A stretch of 64,000 nt of DNA from Candidatus Omnitrophica bacterium UBA6215 (GCA_002421665.1 DISH01000003.1:39291-103290), one strand, 5' to 3'. Shown: positions 42,914 through 52,600, numbered from the stretch's first letter. Numbers and translations: made by a program. Notes: generated from the sequence alone by a model not told the origin.

Positions 42914-44395
42914 ATGATTAAAGATGAGTTTTTGTTGTCTAGTGTAGGGGACAGGGAGGCCGCATGCGCGGTCGCGCGGAAGTCGGCGATAAATATCCCG
43001 GCTTATAGGGAGTATCTAAGGAGAAATCAGTTTTCCGGCAAGATATCGCGTTCAAATTTTGAAGAGCTCCCCCTTACGGATAAAGAAAATTACCTTATGA
43101 AAGCCCCGTATTTTTCATTATTGCCGCCGGAGAATTTGGATGATGTACACTTTGTGTTTAAAAGCTCGGGTTCGTCAGGTAAGTCTTTCTATTGGCCTCA
43201 ACTAAAGCAGCAATACAAATTATTTGACCTGCTGTTTGAAGATACCCTTAGCAAGAATTTTTCAATCCGCAAGAAAAGGACCGCGATAATCGTCGGGTTA
43301 TCATTGGGGAGCTGGATCGGCGGCGACCTTATTTCGTGGGCCGCGAAGAACGTTGCGTTGCGTTCGAATTACTCCCTTACTGTCTTCAGTCCCGGGAACC
43401 AGCATGAAGAGATACTCGAGATAATTAACGGAATAAACAGGAAGGTTGACCAGATAATACTTTTTGTATGTCCTTCTACGATTGGACATCTTGCCTTGCT
43501 TGCGGAAGAGAAAAATTTTTCTGGCATATTTAACAAGTTGCGATTTCTGGTTATTGGAGAGCCATTCAGCGAAAATTTTAGATTACGTCTTCGGGCAAAG
43601 TGCAAAGTAAAGCCTCCGGAAGTTGTCCTGACGTCCGTATACGGGTCTGCCGATACGGGGATAATAGGGATCGAATCAAATGCTGTCGCATTCTTCAGGG
43701 AGCTTCTATCGAGATACGGGCAATTGCGCAGGTATTACGGTTTTGAGAATTCTTTGCCTAATTTTTTCAACCTCTCCGTAAAAGAGGCTTATATTGAAAT
43801 GGTAAAAGGAGAGCTGGTTTTTACGGCTTGGCAAGGGTTACCGCTTATGCGGTATAATCTGCACGATAACGGCAGCCTCATCGATTGGAACACCGTAAAA
43901 ACGGCGTTAAAAGACATTAATCTCGACGGAGAGTCCGAGAAATTAAAGAACCATATAATCAAGGATAGATCAAATCCTATTGTTATCGCCGTAGGCGGAC
44001 GAAGCGACGGCACTATATATTTATGCGGTACCAACATTTCAGAATCAATGCTTAGCAATGCCATAAACGACAAATCGTTGCAAAAGACCGTAACGGGGCA
44101 TTTTTATGTAAGCGTCTTGGAACGTAATGGCAGGCAGCAGTTGAAATGGGAAATAGAGCTTAAGCCCGGGATTCGTCCTGATAAAAAGACCGAAAGCGTT
44201 ATCTATGCTAAGCTGATTGAATTGCTGGGAAAGCTCCAGCCGGAGTTTATGGCCGATTACAATAGCATATATTCAAAATGGGACGATAACGAATCTGCGA
44301 GGATATTCCAATTTAAATTTTATCCTTGGCCGCAGTTATCAAGAAGACCTGATTCAGCGAAACACAGGATTATTGCATTGACAGAGGATAAATAA
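42914..44395 (+). CDS. PaaK-like / GH3-like adenylate-forming enzyme (phenylacetate-CoA ligase / F390 synthetase family), divergent.
   Basis: 'PLTDKENYL' and the P-loop-like 'FKSSGSSGKSFYW' are present. Start chosen at 'MIKDEF', after the CdsA-like stop. Confidence 0.6.
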   Translation: MIKDEFLLSSVGDREAACAVARKSAINIPAYREYLRRNQFSGKISRSNFEELPLTDKENYLMKAPYFSLLPPENLDDVHFVFKSSGSSGKSFYWPQLKQQYKLFDLLFEDTLSKNFSIRKKRTAIIVGLSLGSWIGGDLISWAAKNVALRSNYSLTVFSPGNQHEEILEIINGINRKVDQIILFVCPSTIGHLALLAEEKNFSGIFNKLRFLVIGEPFSENFRLRLRAKCKVKPPEVVLTSVYGSADTGIIGIESNAVAFFRELLSRYGQLRRYYGFENSLPNFFNLSVKEAYIEMVKGELVFTAWQGLPLMRYNLHDNGSLIDWNTVKTALKDINLDGESEKLKNHIIKDRSNPIVIAVGGRSDGTIYLCGTNISESMLSNAINDKSLQKTVTGHFYVSVLERNGRQQLKWEIELKPGIRPDKKTESVIYAKLIELLGKLQPEFMADYNSIYSKWDDNESARIFQFKFYPWPQLSRRPDSAKHRIIALTEDK

Positions 44396-44396
44396 T

Positions 44397-44993
44397 ATGA
44401 AAAGCAAAGGAATCGGGATATTTGAAAGGGTTTTTTCGTCGCGAGTTTCCTTAATCATATCGTTTTTATGGGGCTTCGCGGAGGCGACCTTATTTTTTAT
44501 TATTCCCGATGTTTTTTTAGGAGCGGTAGCTTTATTTTCGCCAATGTGTGGAATATTGTGCTGTATTATGAGTATCCTGGGGGCTATGCTTGGCGGAGGC
44601 CTTATGTATCTTTTATCTTGCAGGATCCCTCAAACTATGCTTGCCTTGCTAACAAAAGTTCCGGGAATTACAGATTCTATGATAACGCAGGTGGGTATCA
44701 ATTACAAGATGTATGGCCTTAAGTCCATTTTTTTGGCCCCGTGGGCCGGAGTTCCTTACAAGATTTACGCCGTTCAAGCCGGTATTCATGGTATAGACCG
44801 TACGGCTTTTATTTTGGCCACTATTCCGGCCCGTTTAGAGCGGTTTATTTTGGTTATTGTGGTCATGATGTTTCTGGGTTATCGATTTAGAAGGTCTGTT
44901 TTGCGCAGGCCCGGATATTGGATGACCGCGTACGCTGTTTTCTGGATAGCGTGCTACGTGGCATATGCAATTTATTTAAATGGCAGGACTTAA
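44397..44993 (+). CDS. Hypothetical integral membrane protein (5-6 TM) embedded in the lipid cluster.
   Basis: Hydrophobic helices throughout. It starts 1 nt after the preceding stop. Confidence 0.4.
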   Translation: MKSKGIGIFERVFSSRVSLIISFLWGFAEATLFFIIPDVFLGAVALFSPMCGILCCIMSILGAMLGGGLMYLLSCRIPQTMLALLTKVPGITDSMITQVGINYKMYGLKSIFLAPWAGVPYKIYAVQAGIHGIDRTAFILATIPARLERFILVIVVMMFLGYRFRRSVLRRPGYWMTAYAVFWIACYVAYAIYLNGRT

Positions 44994-45010
44994 TTGAATA
45001 TTGGAAATCA

Positions 45011-46324
45011 ATGCGTTCACTAAACTTTTCTGAATCGGTTATGTTAGGCTTACGCTTTTATCCTGCAATACGCAGCATAAGCCGTATGCCATTTGCTTCC
45101 AGGGATTCCATCGAAGGATATCAGCTGTCCAGGATTAAAAAACTTGTTACATTTGCTTACGATAATGTGCCATTTTACAGGAAGAAATATGATGAAGCGG
45201 GTATCCGTCCCGGAGACATAAGGACATTTCATGATTTTAAACGCTTACCGACGGTGACAAAAAAGGATATTATAGAAAATTATCCGCATAACATACTTGC
45301 TTCCGGTACCGATCTAAACCGTTGCATAATATCCAGGAGTTCAGGTTCTTCCGGAGCCATTGTAAATGTTGTCTATGGAACAGGGGCCCTTATCGAATAC
45401 ATATTGGCAGGTTTTAGGATTTATTCTATGGTGATGGATTACAAGCCTTGGCATAAACAGGTTTATATCTATACTTCTCCGTACCCGGTTAACGGGGTAT
45501 TTGGCGCTTATCGTTTATATTTTATACCGACAGTCAACAAGGTTAATGATACGATAGCTGAGCTAAGGAGGATCAGGCCGGATCTTTTGGTTTGTTATCC
45601 GTCCCACTTGCGTCAATTGAGCCACAGCATTTCTCGCGAAGACCTAAAGTTGATAAAACCTCTTGCTATATCAGTGAATTCTGAAATGTCAACTCAGGGG
45701 GAAAGGGATGAACTCGCCGGTTTTTTTGGGTGCGGGGTTTATGATGAATATTCAACCGAGGAATTGACGAGGGTTGCTTCGCAGTGTAAGGCTAAAAATT
45801 ATCATATATTTGAGGATATTAATTATATTGAAATATTGAATGATCGGGGGGCGGATGCAAAAGATGGGGAAGTCGGAGAGATAGTAGGGACAAATCTGCA
45901 TAATTTTACCATGCCCTTTATAAGATACAAGCAGTCCGATATGGCATCCGTATCTTCTGGGGCCTGTTCATGCGGAAGAAACTTTAAGTTATTAAACGGG
46001 TTAAAGGGCAGAAAAAACGATGAATTTATTCTGCCCGGAGGAAAAACCCTTTCTTCCGGGTTTCTGCTGGATGCTTCTTATAATTTGATCCTTGAATTTG
46101 AGAATGCAATAAAAGATTATTGTATTATTCAAGAATCGAGGAATGATATAGTAATGGAGATTATCGCAGGGGATAGCTATTCGGAAGAAAAAAGGGTGCG
46201 GATGGAAGACGCTCTCAGTAAGATAATAGGCGAAGGAGTCGCCGTTAAGGTTGCAAGGGTAGAAGAGCTTTACAAGACAAAATCAGGCAAGCAAAATCCA
46301 ATAATTTCTAAAGTCTCCAGATAA
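45011..46324 (+). CDS. PaaK-like adenylate-forming enzyme (phenylacetate-CoA ligase / CapK / F390 synthetase family).
   Basis: 'FHDFKRLPTVTKKDIIENYP' and 'SRSSGSSGAIVNV' are PaaK-family N-domain motifs. Start chosen at 'MRSLNF'. Confidence 0.7.
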   Translation: MRSLNFSESVMLGLRFYPAIRSISRMPFASRDSIEGYQLSRIKKLVTFAYDNVPFYRKKYDEAGIRPGDIRTFHDFKRLPTVTKKDIIENYPHNILASGTDLNRCIISRSSGSSGAIVNVVYGTGALIEYILAGFRIYSMVMDYKPWHKQVYIYTSPYPVNGVFGAYRLYFIPTVNKVNDTIAELRRIRPDLLVCYPSHLRQLSHSISREDLKLIKPLAISVNSEMSTQGERDELAGFFGCGVYDEYSTEELTRVASQCKAKNYHIFEDINYIEILNDRGADAKDGEVGEIVGTNLHNFTMPFIRYKQSDMASVSSGACSCGRNFKLLNGLKGRKNDEFILPGGKTLSSGFLLDASYNLILEFENAIKDYCIIQESRNDIVMEIIAGDSYSEEKRVRMEDALSKIIGEGVAVKVARVEELYKTKSGKQNPIISKVSR

Positions 46325-46357
46325 CGATATATCCGAATTAGCAGAAAGAAATCGTTC

Positions 46358-49300
46358 ATGAAAACTTGCGGTATCTGCGTCGGGGCATCCAACCTGACGT
46401 CGGTGGAGTTGCACAAGGACAAGGAAGGCCTGCGTGTCGGCAGGGTTATTAGTTTGCCGCACGAGGGAAATATATTCGGCTCGCTGGAACAGGCCGTGCG
46501 CAGGGCGCAGGAGGATGGCTACGGGAGTATCGCCGTGACCGGGCGCAAGGTAGGCGCCTCAATCTCGCTGCCGAGATTATCGGAACCGGAAGCGGTAGAG
46601 GAGGCCCTCAAGTTCCTGAACGCCGGTAACAGGAAAAGATACGATGCGGTAGTGAGCGTCGGCGCGGAACTTTTCATAGCTTATCTGCTGGACAGGGAGG
46701 GCAATATCTCCGGGGTCAGGACGCTTAACAAATGCGCGTCCGGGACCGGGGAATTCTTCATGCAGCAGCTCAGGAGGATGAATATATCCCTGGACGATGT
46801 CGTCAAGCTCGCCTCGTCAGAAAAATCATACAGGCTTTCGAGCAGGTGCTCGGTCTTTTGTAAAAGCGACTGTACCCACGCCCTTAACAAGGGCCAGGAT
46901 ATAAGCGAGATTCTTTCCGGTCTCTGCGAAATGATGTCCAGAAAGGTCATGGAACTTCTGGTCAACCTCCCAAAAGAGAATGTCATGCTCATAGGAGGGG
47001 TTGCCCTTAACCCCCGTGTGGTTAATTTTCTCAGGAAGGACATCCGTTCCGTACATGTCCCTAAAGAAGCCGCTTATTTCGAGGCGCTTGGCGCAGCATT
47101 GTGGGCGATGGAACATAATACCGATACGACGAACACGAAACTGCTGCAGGACAAACGCCATCCGTCGAGATTCTCGAACCTGCCTCCGCTTAAGTCCGCT
47201 CTCCCGCTGGTTGATTTCAAGGGCGCGTGGGAAAAGAAGGAATTTTCCGAAGGAGACGTATGCATAATCGGATTGGATGTGGGGTCAACGACGACGAAAG
47301 CCGTCTTGATGAGGGAGCGCGACGATGCCGTTATCGATTCTATATATCTCAGGACCAACGGCAACCCAGTTGAGGCTTCCAGGAATTGTTACAGGGCCCT
47401 GCAGAAAAATCTTAAGAAGGACGTAAAGATAACAGGCATAGGAGTCACCGGTTCAGGCAGGCATATAGCTGCCCTGCACGCCATGACGGACGGCGTGATA
47501 AATGAGATCATCGCCCACGCGCGCGCCGCGGCGTATTTCGACCCCGAGGTTGATACGATATTCGAGATAGGCGGCCAGGACGCGAAATATACGCATATAG
47601 AGAATATGGTAGCCTGCGATTACGCGATGAACGAGGCTTGTTCGGCCGGTACGGGCTCATTCCTTGAGGAGTCATGCAAAGAGACCCTCGGGGTGGAATT
47701 AAAAGACATTGAACCTCAGGCGATGAAAGGCGAGAACCCGCCCAACTTCAATGACCAGTGCGCCGCTTTTATAAGCAGCGATATCAAGACCGCCTCATAC
47801 GAGGGGCTCAAGAAAGAGGATATCGTCGCCGGGCTCGTATATTCCATCTGCATGAACTACAGTAACCGCGTAAAAGGAAACAGGCTTGTAGGCGACAAAG
47901 TGTTGATGCAAGGCGGGGTCTGCTACAACAAGGCGGTTCCCTTTGCTATGGCTTCTCTCTTGGGGAAAAAGATAGTGGTTCCTCCGGAGCCCGGCCTCAT
48001 GGGGGCCTTCGGCGTAGCGCTTGAGGTCAAGGACAAGATAAAGAACGGCCTGCTCAAAAGAGGCGAATACCGGCTTGCCGATCTTATAGGGAGAGAAGTT
48101 AAATACTGTGACAGCTTCAGGTGTAAGGGCGGCGCCGAGAAATGCGATCGGGGGTGCAGTATCCTGCGCATAGAGATAGAGGGTAAGATATATCTTTTCG
48201 GAGGTTCATGCAACAGGTATTACAATATCAACCATTCGGTAGCGGTAGAGGACGGCTTGCTAAATCTTGTCAAAGTGCGCCAAGAACAGCTTTTTAACGT
48301 GGGAGGGGCGCCGGTACCGCGTCCGGGCGCCAAGAGCGTAGGTATCAGCAAATCGTTCCTGTCGCATACTTTCTTCCCGCTGTACCACGATTTCTTCTCG
48401 GCCCTTGGGATGAAGGTCGTGGTTTCCGATACCGTTACGGATTACGGCATTCAGCACAAAAGGGCGGCTTTTTGTTACCCGGCCGAAATAGCCCACGGAA
48501 TGTTCCACAACCTCATCGAGAAAGAGCTTGATTATATATTCCTGCCCCAGGTGCTTGAGATAAAATCCAAGAGGGCGCCGCAGTCAAGGAAAGAACAGCA
48601 GTCCACGTGCGTCATCCTGCAAAGCGAGCCGTATTACCTGCGCGATACGTTCAAGAAAGCGAATAAAGGAAAGCTACTGATACCGGTGGTTGATTTTTCA
48701 AATGGTATACGGAAGGCTCAGGATACTTTTGTCGAGATGGCCGTAAAAATGAGTTTCAACGGCGGGGACGCGGCAACGGCTTACAAGGCCGCGTGCAGGA
48801 AACAGGAGGATTTTACCTCCAGGATGAAACAATACGGCAGGGGATGTCTCGAAGAACTCAGAAAGGACCCGTCAAGGACAGCGGTAGTCCTCCTGGGCAG
48901 GCCGTATAACAGTTTCGCGGCCGAAGCGAACATGGCGATACCGGACAAGTTTTCTTCCCGCGGGGTTACCATAATACCGTTTGACTGCCTTCCTTATGAA
49001 GGCGAATCCGATGACAGGAACATGTATTGGGCGAGCGGCCAGATGATACTTAAGGCCGCGAGGTTCGTAAAGAAGCACCCGCAGCTATACGCCGTTTTCG
49101 TTACTAATTTCAGTTGCGGCCCGGATTCCTTTATCGTGGGACAGGTAAGGGATATGATGGACGAAAAACCAATGCTTATCCTCGAGATAGACAGCCATAC
49201 CGCGGATGCCGGGGTCAATACCAGGATAGAAGCGTTCCTCGATATTGTGGAAAGGTCGAGGCGGGTGGCAGGCATCCCGCAAAAAGCCGCGACGCATTTC

Positions 49301-50644
49301 ATTCCGGCGCGCTGCATAAGCCACAAGAAGAGGTTATGGATAATCTCCTCCGAAGGGGAACGGCTTAAGATAAACGATAAGAAGGTCAAATTATTGATAC
49401 CTCCTATGGGCAAGATGGGCCCGGAAGCGCTCGCGGCGGTCTTTAAGACCGCGGGGATAAACGCGGTGCCGCTCGAGCCGTCGGACGGTGTATCCCTTAA
49501 GCACGGCAGGTCGAATACGACCTGTAAGGAATGCCTGCCGCTCATACTCAGCACGGGGAGCCTTATGAAGTACCTTGAGCGGGACAAGAGCGGGGACGTC
49601 CTTGTGTATTTCATGCCTTCTACCGGAGGCAATTGCAGGTTCGGACAGTATAGCGTATTCTTCAATAATCTAATCAGGAAGAAGCGCATCAGGAACCTCG
49701 CCGTATATTCAATGGATACCCAGAACAGCTACCTGGGCATGGGGAACGCTTTTAATATACTGGTCCTGAAGACCGCGCTTATATACGACGCGATGTATGA
49801 CATAAAGAACGCCTTGAAAGCGCTGGCGAAGGACCGTCAGGAGGCCCTTGGAATATTCGAGGAAGAATGGCATTCCATACTCGCGTGCATAGCCGGCGGG
49901 GGCAAAGGGCTTTACCGGGTGCTCGGCAAGTCCATGGACAGGCTCAGGAATGTGCCTTTAAAGAGGGCGTTCGCCGAGGCGAATAAGGTAGCCATAATGG
50001 GCGAGATATACGTCAGGCGCGATGATTATTGCTGCAATCCGCTTATCGACAGGCTCGCCCAGAAAGAGATAGTGGCCAAGACCGCGCCTATGCTCGAATG
50101 GTTCTATTATGTCGACTACCTCGTCAAGAACAACCTTGTCGAGGCGGATCTGGGAGTATCGGGCAGGGTCGAGTTCTTCATAAAGACGTTTTTGCAGAGC
50201 AGTTATGAGAGGAAGATAAAGGGCATATTGGAGCGTTCCGGGCTTTATGAGAACGAAGAGATAAACATCAGAAAGATCATGGATACCGGAAAAAAGTTTT
50301 TTGACGAGCAGCTTACCGGCGAGTCGATAGTAGTCGTGGGTTCTGCGATGAACGAGATAGCCGAGCATGTCTCAGGGGTTATAAACGTGGGCCCGTTCGC
50401 GTGCCTACCTACCAGGATAATAGAATCCATACTAAACGGTAATATGAATATGGCTTCCAAGAGGAGGTTGTCCGGGAAGGATCTTGAGCACCTTAAGGGG
50501 ACGGAGGACCTTCCTTTTCTTTCGGTCGAGATTGACGGGGCGCCCTTCCCGCCGCTGATCGAGGCCAAGATAGAGGCCTTTTGCCTGCAGAGCAAGCGCC
50601 TTCATGCCAAAATGTCTTATCTTAATTTACGCCATAAAAAATAA
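46358..50644 (+). CDS. 1428-aa fusion of two tandem BadF/BadG/BcrA/HgdC-type activase ATPase domains with a 2-hydroxyacyl-CoA dehydratase (HgdAB/DUF2229)-like C-terminal region. It is a candidate fused plasmalogen-synthase-like (PlsA/PlsR family) enzyme.
   Basis: Two actin-fold activase signatures ('CGICVGASNLTS' and 'CIIGLDVGSTTTKAVL...IFEIGGQDAKY'). A Cys cluster 'CDSFRCKGGAEKCDRGC' is present. The long C-terminal region has HAD-component-like blocks ('LEIDSHTADAGVNTRIEAF'). Confidence 0.7.
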   Translation: MKTCGICVGASNLTSVELHKDKEGLRVGRVISLPHEGNIFGSLEQAVRRAQEDGYGSIAVTGRKVGASISLPRLSEPEAVEEALKFLNAGNRKRYDAVVSVGAELFIAYLLDREGNISGVRTLNKCASGTGEFFMQQLRRMNISLDDVVKLASSEKSYRLSSRCSVFCKSDCTHALNKGQDISEILSGLCEMMSRKVMELLVNLPKENVMLIGGVALNPRVVNFLRKDIRSVHVPKEAAYFEALGAALWAMEHNTDTTNTKLLQDKRHPSRFSNLPPLKSALPLVDFKGAWEKKEFSEGDVCIIGLDVGSTTTKAVLMRERDDAVIDSIYLRTNGNPVEASRNCYRALQKNLKKDVKITGIGVTGSGRHIAALHAMTDGVINEIIAHARAAAYFDPEVDTIFEIGGQDAKYTHIENMVACDYAMNEACSAGTGSFLEESCKETLGVELKDIEPQAMKGENPPNFNDQCAAFISSDIKTASYEGLKKEDIVAGLVYSICMNYSNRVKGNRLVGDKVLMQGGVCYNKAVPFAMASLLGKKIVVPPEPGLMGAFGVALEVKDKIKNGLLKRGEYRLADLIGREVKYCDSFRCKGGAEKCDRGCSILRIEIEGKIYLFGGSCNRYYNINHSVAVEDGLLNLVKVRQEQLFNVGGAPVPRPGAKSVGISKSFLSHTFFPLYHDFFSALGMKVVVSDTVTDYGIQHKRAAFCYPAEIAHGMFHNLIEKELDYIFLPQVLEIKSKRAPQSRKEQQSTCVILQSEPYYLRDTFKKANKGKLLIPVVDFSNGIRKAQDTFVEMAVKMSFNGGDAATAYKAACRKQEDFTSRMKQYGRGCLEELRKDPSRTAVVLLGRPYNSFAAEANMAIPDKFSSRGVTIIPFDCLPYEGESDDRNMYWASGQMILKAARFVKKHPQLYAVFVTNFSCGPDSFIVGQVRDMMDEKPMLILEIDSHTADAGVNTRIEAFLDIVERSRRVAGIPQKAATHFIPARCISHKKRLWIISSEGERLKINDKKVKLLIPPMGKMGPEALAAVFKTAGINAVPLEPSDGVSLKHGRSNTTCKECLPLILSTGSLMKYLERDKSGDVLVYFMPSTGGNCRFGQYSVFFNNLIRKKRIRNLAVYSMDTQNSYLGMGNAFNILVLKTALIYDAMYDIKNALKALAKDRQEALGIFEEEWHSILACIAGGGKGLYRVLGKSMDRLRNVPLKRAFAEANKVAIMGEIYVRRDDYCCNPLIDRLAQKEIVAKTAPMLEWFYYVDYLVKNNLVEADLGVSGRVEFFIKTFLQSSYERKIKGILERSGLYENEEINIRKIMDTGKKFFDEQLTGESIVVVGSAMNEIAEHVSGVINVGPFACLPTRIIESILNGNMNMASKRRLSGKDLEHLKGTEDLPFLSVEIDGAPFPPLIEAKIEAFCLQSKRLHAKMSYLNLRHKK

Positions 50645-51387
50645 AGTTCTTCAAACCCGCAGTCGTTCATTTTCCGTCCGCGTTTCCTTACGGCACGTTC
50701 GACGTTCCCGAAACGTTTGGCGAATTTCTTAGTAGCGTTATGCAGGGCCCCTTCCGCGTCTATGCCTCCGAAACGGGAGAGTATCGCCACGGCGAAGAGC
50801 AGGTCGCCTATCTCTTCGGCCAGCCGGTGTTTATCCCTTTGTTTTAATTCCGTTTTTACTTCCTCGAGTTCTTCGTGGACCTTGTCCACCACGAAAGTGA
50901 TATCCGGCCAGTCGAACCCCTCATGCGCGGCGCGCTTCGATATCTTTTGGGCCTTTATCAATGCAGGGAGGGTTTTCGGGACGCCGTCGAGTATGCTCTT
51001 GCGGTCCCTGTAATTCTTTTCGGTAATTTTTCTCGATTGCCAGTGTTTATAGGCGTCATCCGGGTTTTTGGCCCTGTGCCTGCCGAAGACATGGGGGTGG
51101 CGGTTGAGCATTTTTGCCGCGGATGCTTTCAGGACGTCGTCTATGTCGAATGCCCCGCGTTCCTTGGCTATCTGCGCCTGGAATATGACCTGGAAAAGGA
51201 AATCCCCGAGTTCATCTTTCAATTTTTCCGTATTTTTGGAATCGATGGCGTCACAGAGTTCATACGCTTCCTCGATTATGTGTTTCTTCAATGATGCGTG
51301 CGTTTGAGCCCTGTCCCACGGGCATCCGTTTTTCGCTCGCAGGCGCGCCATGATCTTTACCAGTTCATAAAAAGGTTTTTTGCTCAT
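50617..51387 (-). CDS. mazG: Nucleoside triphosphate pyrophosphohydrolase MazG.
   Basis: Tandem MazG EExxE motifs ('EEAYELCDAID', 'EELEEVKTEL'). The N-terminus 'LVKIMARLRAKNGCPWDRAQTH' is present. Confidence 0.85.
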   Translation of the reverse strand: MSKKPFYELVKIMARLRAKNGCPWDRAQTHASLKKHIIEEAYELCDAIDSKNTEKLKDELGDFLFQVIFQAQIAKERGAFDIDDVLKASAAKMLNRHPHVFGRHRAKNPDDAYKHWQSRKITEKNYRDRKSILDGVPKTLPALIKAQKISKRAAHEGFDWPDITFVVDKVHEELEEVKTELKQRDKHRLAEEIGDLLFAVAILSRFGGIDAEGALHNATKKFAKRFGNVERAVRKRGRKMNDCGFEELYFLWRKLR

Positions 51388-51426
51388 ATGGACATGTCTT
51401 TTGGGTTAAGGTATACTGATTATAAC

Positions 51427-52599
51427 ATGAAATCCCAGATACTCAAAATCCTGATAATGTTAGCTATGTTTGCCGCGGTTTCCCGTGCTTGCGCTCTTAC
51501 GGTCAGGGAAGACCCGGTGGCTGCGGCGGCTTATAACCAGGCGGGGGTAGAGGCCTATAATAAAGGCGCTTATAAGTCCGCAATATCGTATTTCGAGCAG
51601 GCCCTCAGGCTCAGCAGGGGCAACTCTACCGCCGAGAAGAACCTCGCCGAAGCTTATTCCAAGCAGGCCGAATACGAGTACGAAAAAAGGGCTTTTGCCC
51701 CTGCGGCCGAATACGCGCAATTGGCCCTGAGCCTCAACTGCAATGATACCGCAGCCCTTTATATCCTCGGCGACATCAGATACAACTCGGGGAACCTTGA
51801 GGGCGCCAGGGACCTTTGGACAAAACTGATCGAAATACAGCCCGATTTCGCCTGTGCAGACGACCTCAGGAAGAGGATGGACAAGGCGGAGACCGAGATC
51901 CGGATCGAAAAAGAATACCGTTCTCTGGGGATGGACCAATTCGATATAAGGTATGCCAAGGAGGGAGCCAGGACGGGTTACAATGTCCGTTATTACCTGC
52001 AGGAAGCATACCGCATATTGGGACAGGAATTCGGCCTGATGCCGGATTACAGGATAACCGTTATCCTATATAATAAGGAAGATTTTGAGGCGGTCCGCGA
52101 TTGGAAGGTCAATGCCGGGGGTGTTTATGACGGAAAGATACGCCTGCCTTTCGTGGGCTCCGGTTTCTCGAAGGAAGAATTGCGTGGCATAATCTGGCAT
52201 GAGTATACGCACCTGCTGGTCACCGATATCTCGCGGGGCAAGGCGCCCGACTGGCTTCAGGAAGGCCTGGCGTATTATGAGGGGTACAAATATGCCGGTA
52301 AGGACCTTAGGATACTAAAGAATGCCGTCAAGAACGATATACTTATACCGTTCGGGAAGCTGGATTCAGTGCTGTCATCCTCTTCCGATGAAGTTCAGTA
52401 CATGCTTGCCGCCCAGGAGTCTTATTCGATGGCAAAATACCTGATGAAAAGATATAATAAGCACACCATAAGGGAGCTGTTGCTCCTGCTTGGGACCGGT
52501 ATGGCATTCGAACAGGCGGCAGAGAAGAGGCTTTACGTGACACAAAAAGAACTCGAAAGGCGCTGGCTTAAAGAGCTGAAGGCTGGAGAACTTTACTGA
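51427..52599 (+). CDS. Secreted TPR-repeat protein with a C-terminal HExxH zinc-metallopeptidase-like domain.
   Basis: Signal peptide 'MKSQILKILIMLAMFAAVSRA'. TPR-like repeats follow. 'IIWHEYTHLL' is an HExxH motif, with a downstream 'LQEGLAYYEG'. Confidence 0.55.
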   Translation: MKSQILKILIMLAMFAAVSRACALTVREDPVAAAAYNQAGVEAYNKGAYKSAISYFEQALRLSRGNSTAEKNLAEAYSKQAEYEYEKRAFAPAAEYAQLALSLNCNDTAALYILGDIRYNSGNLEGARDLWTKLIEIQPDFACADDLRKRMDKAETEIRIEKEYRSLGMDQFDIRYAKEGARTGYNVRYYLQEAYRILGQEFGLMPDYRITVILYNKEDFEAVRDWKVNAGGVYDGKIRLPFVGSGFSKEELRGIIWHEYTHLLVTDISRGKAPDWLQEGLAYYEGYKYAGKDLRILKNAVKNDILIPFGKLDSVLSSSSDEVQYMLAAQESYSMAKYLMKRYNKHTIRELLLLLGTGMAFEQAAEKRLYVTQKELERRWLKELKAGELY

Positions 52600-52600
52600 T

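Noticed and set aside
44918-45010. Upstream extension of the second PaaK-like ORF (MDDRVRCF...).
   Set aside because: It overlaps the preceding membrane protein gene. The conserved PaaK N-region starts after 'MRSLNF', immediately downstream of that gene's stop.
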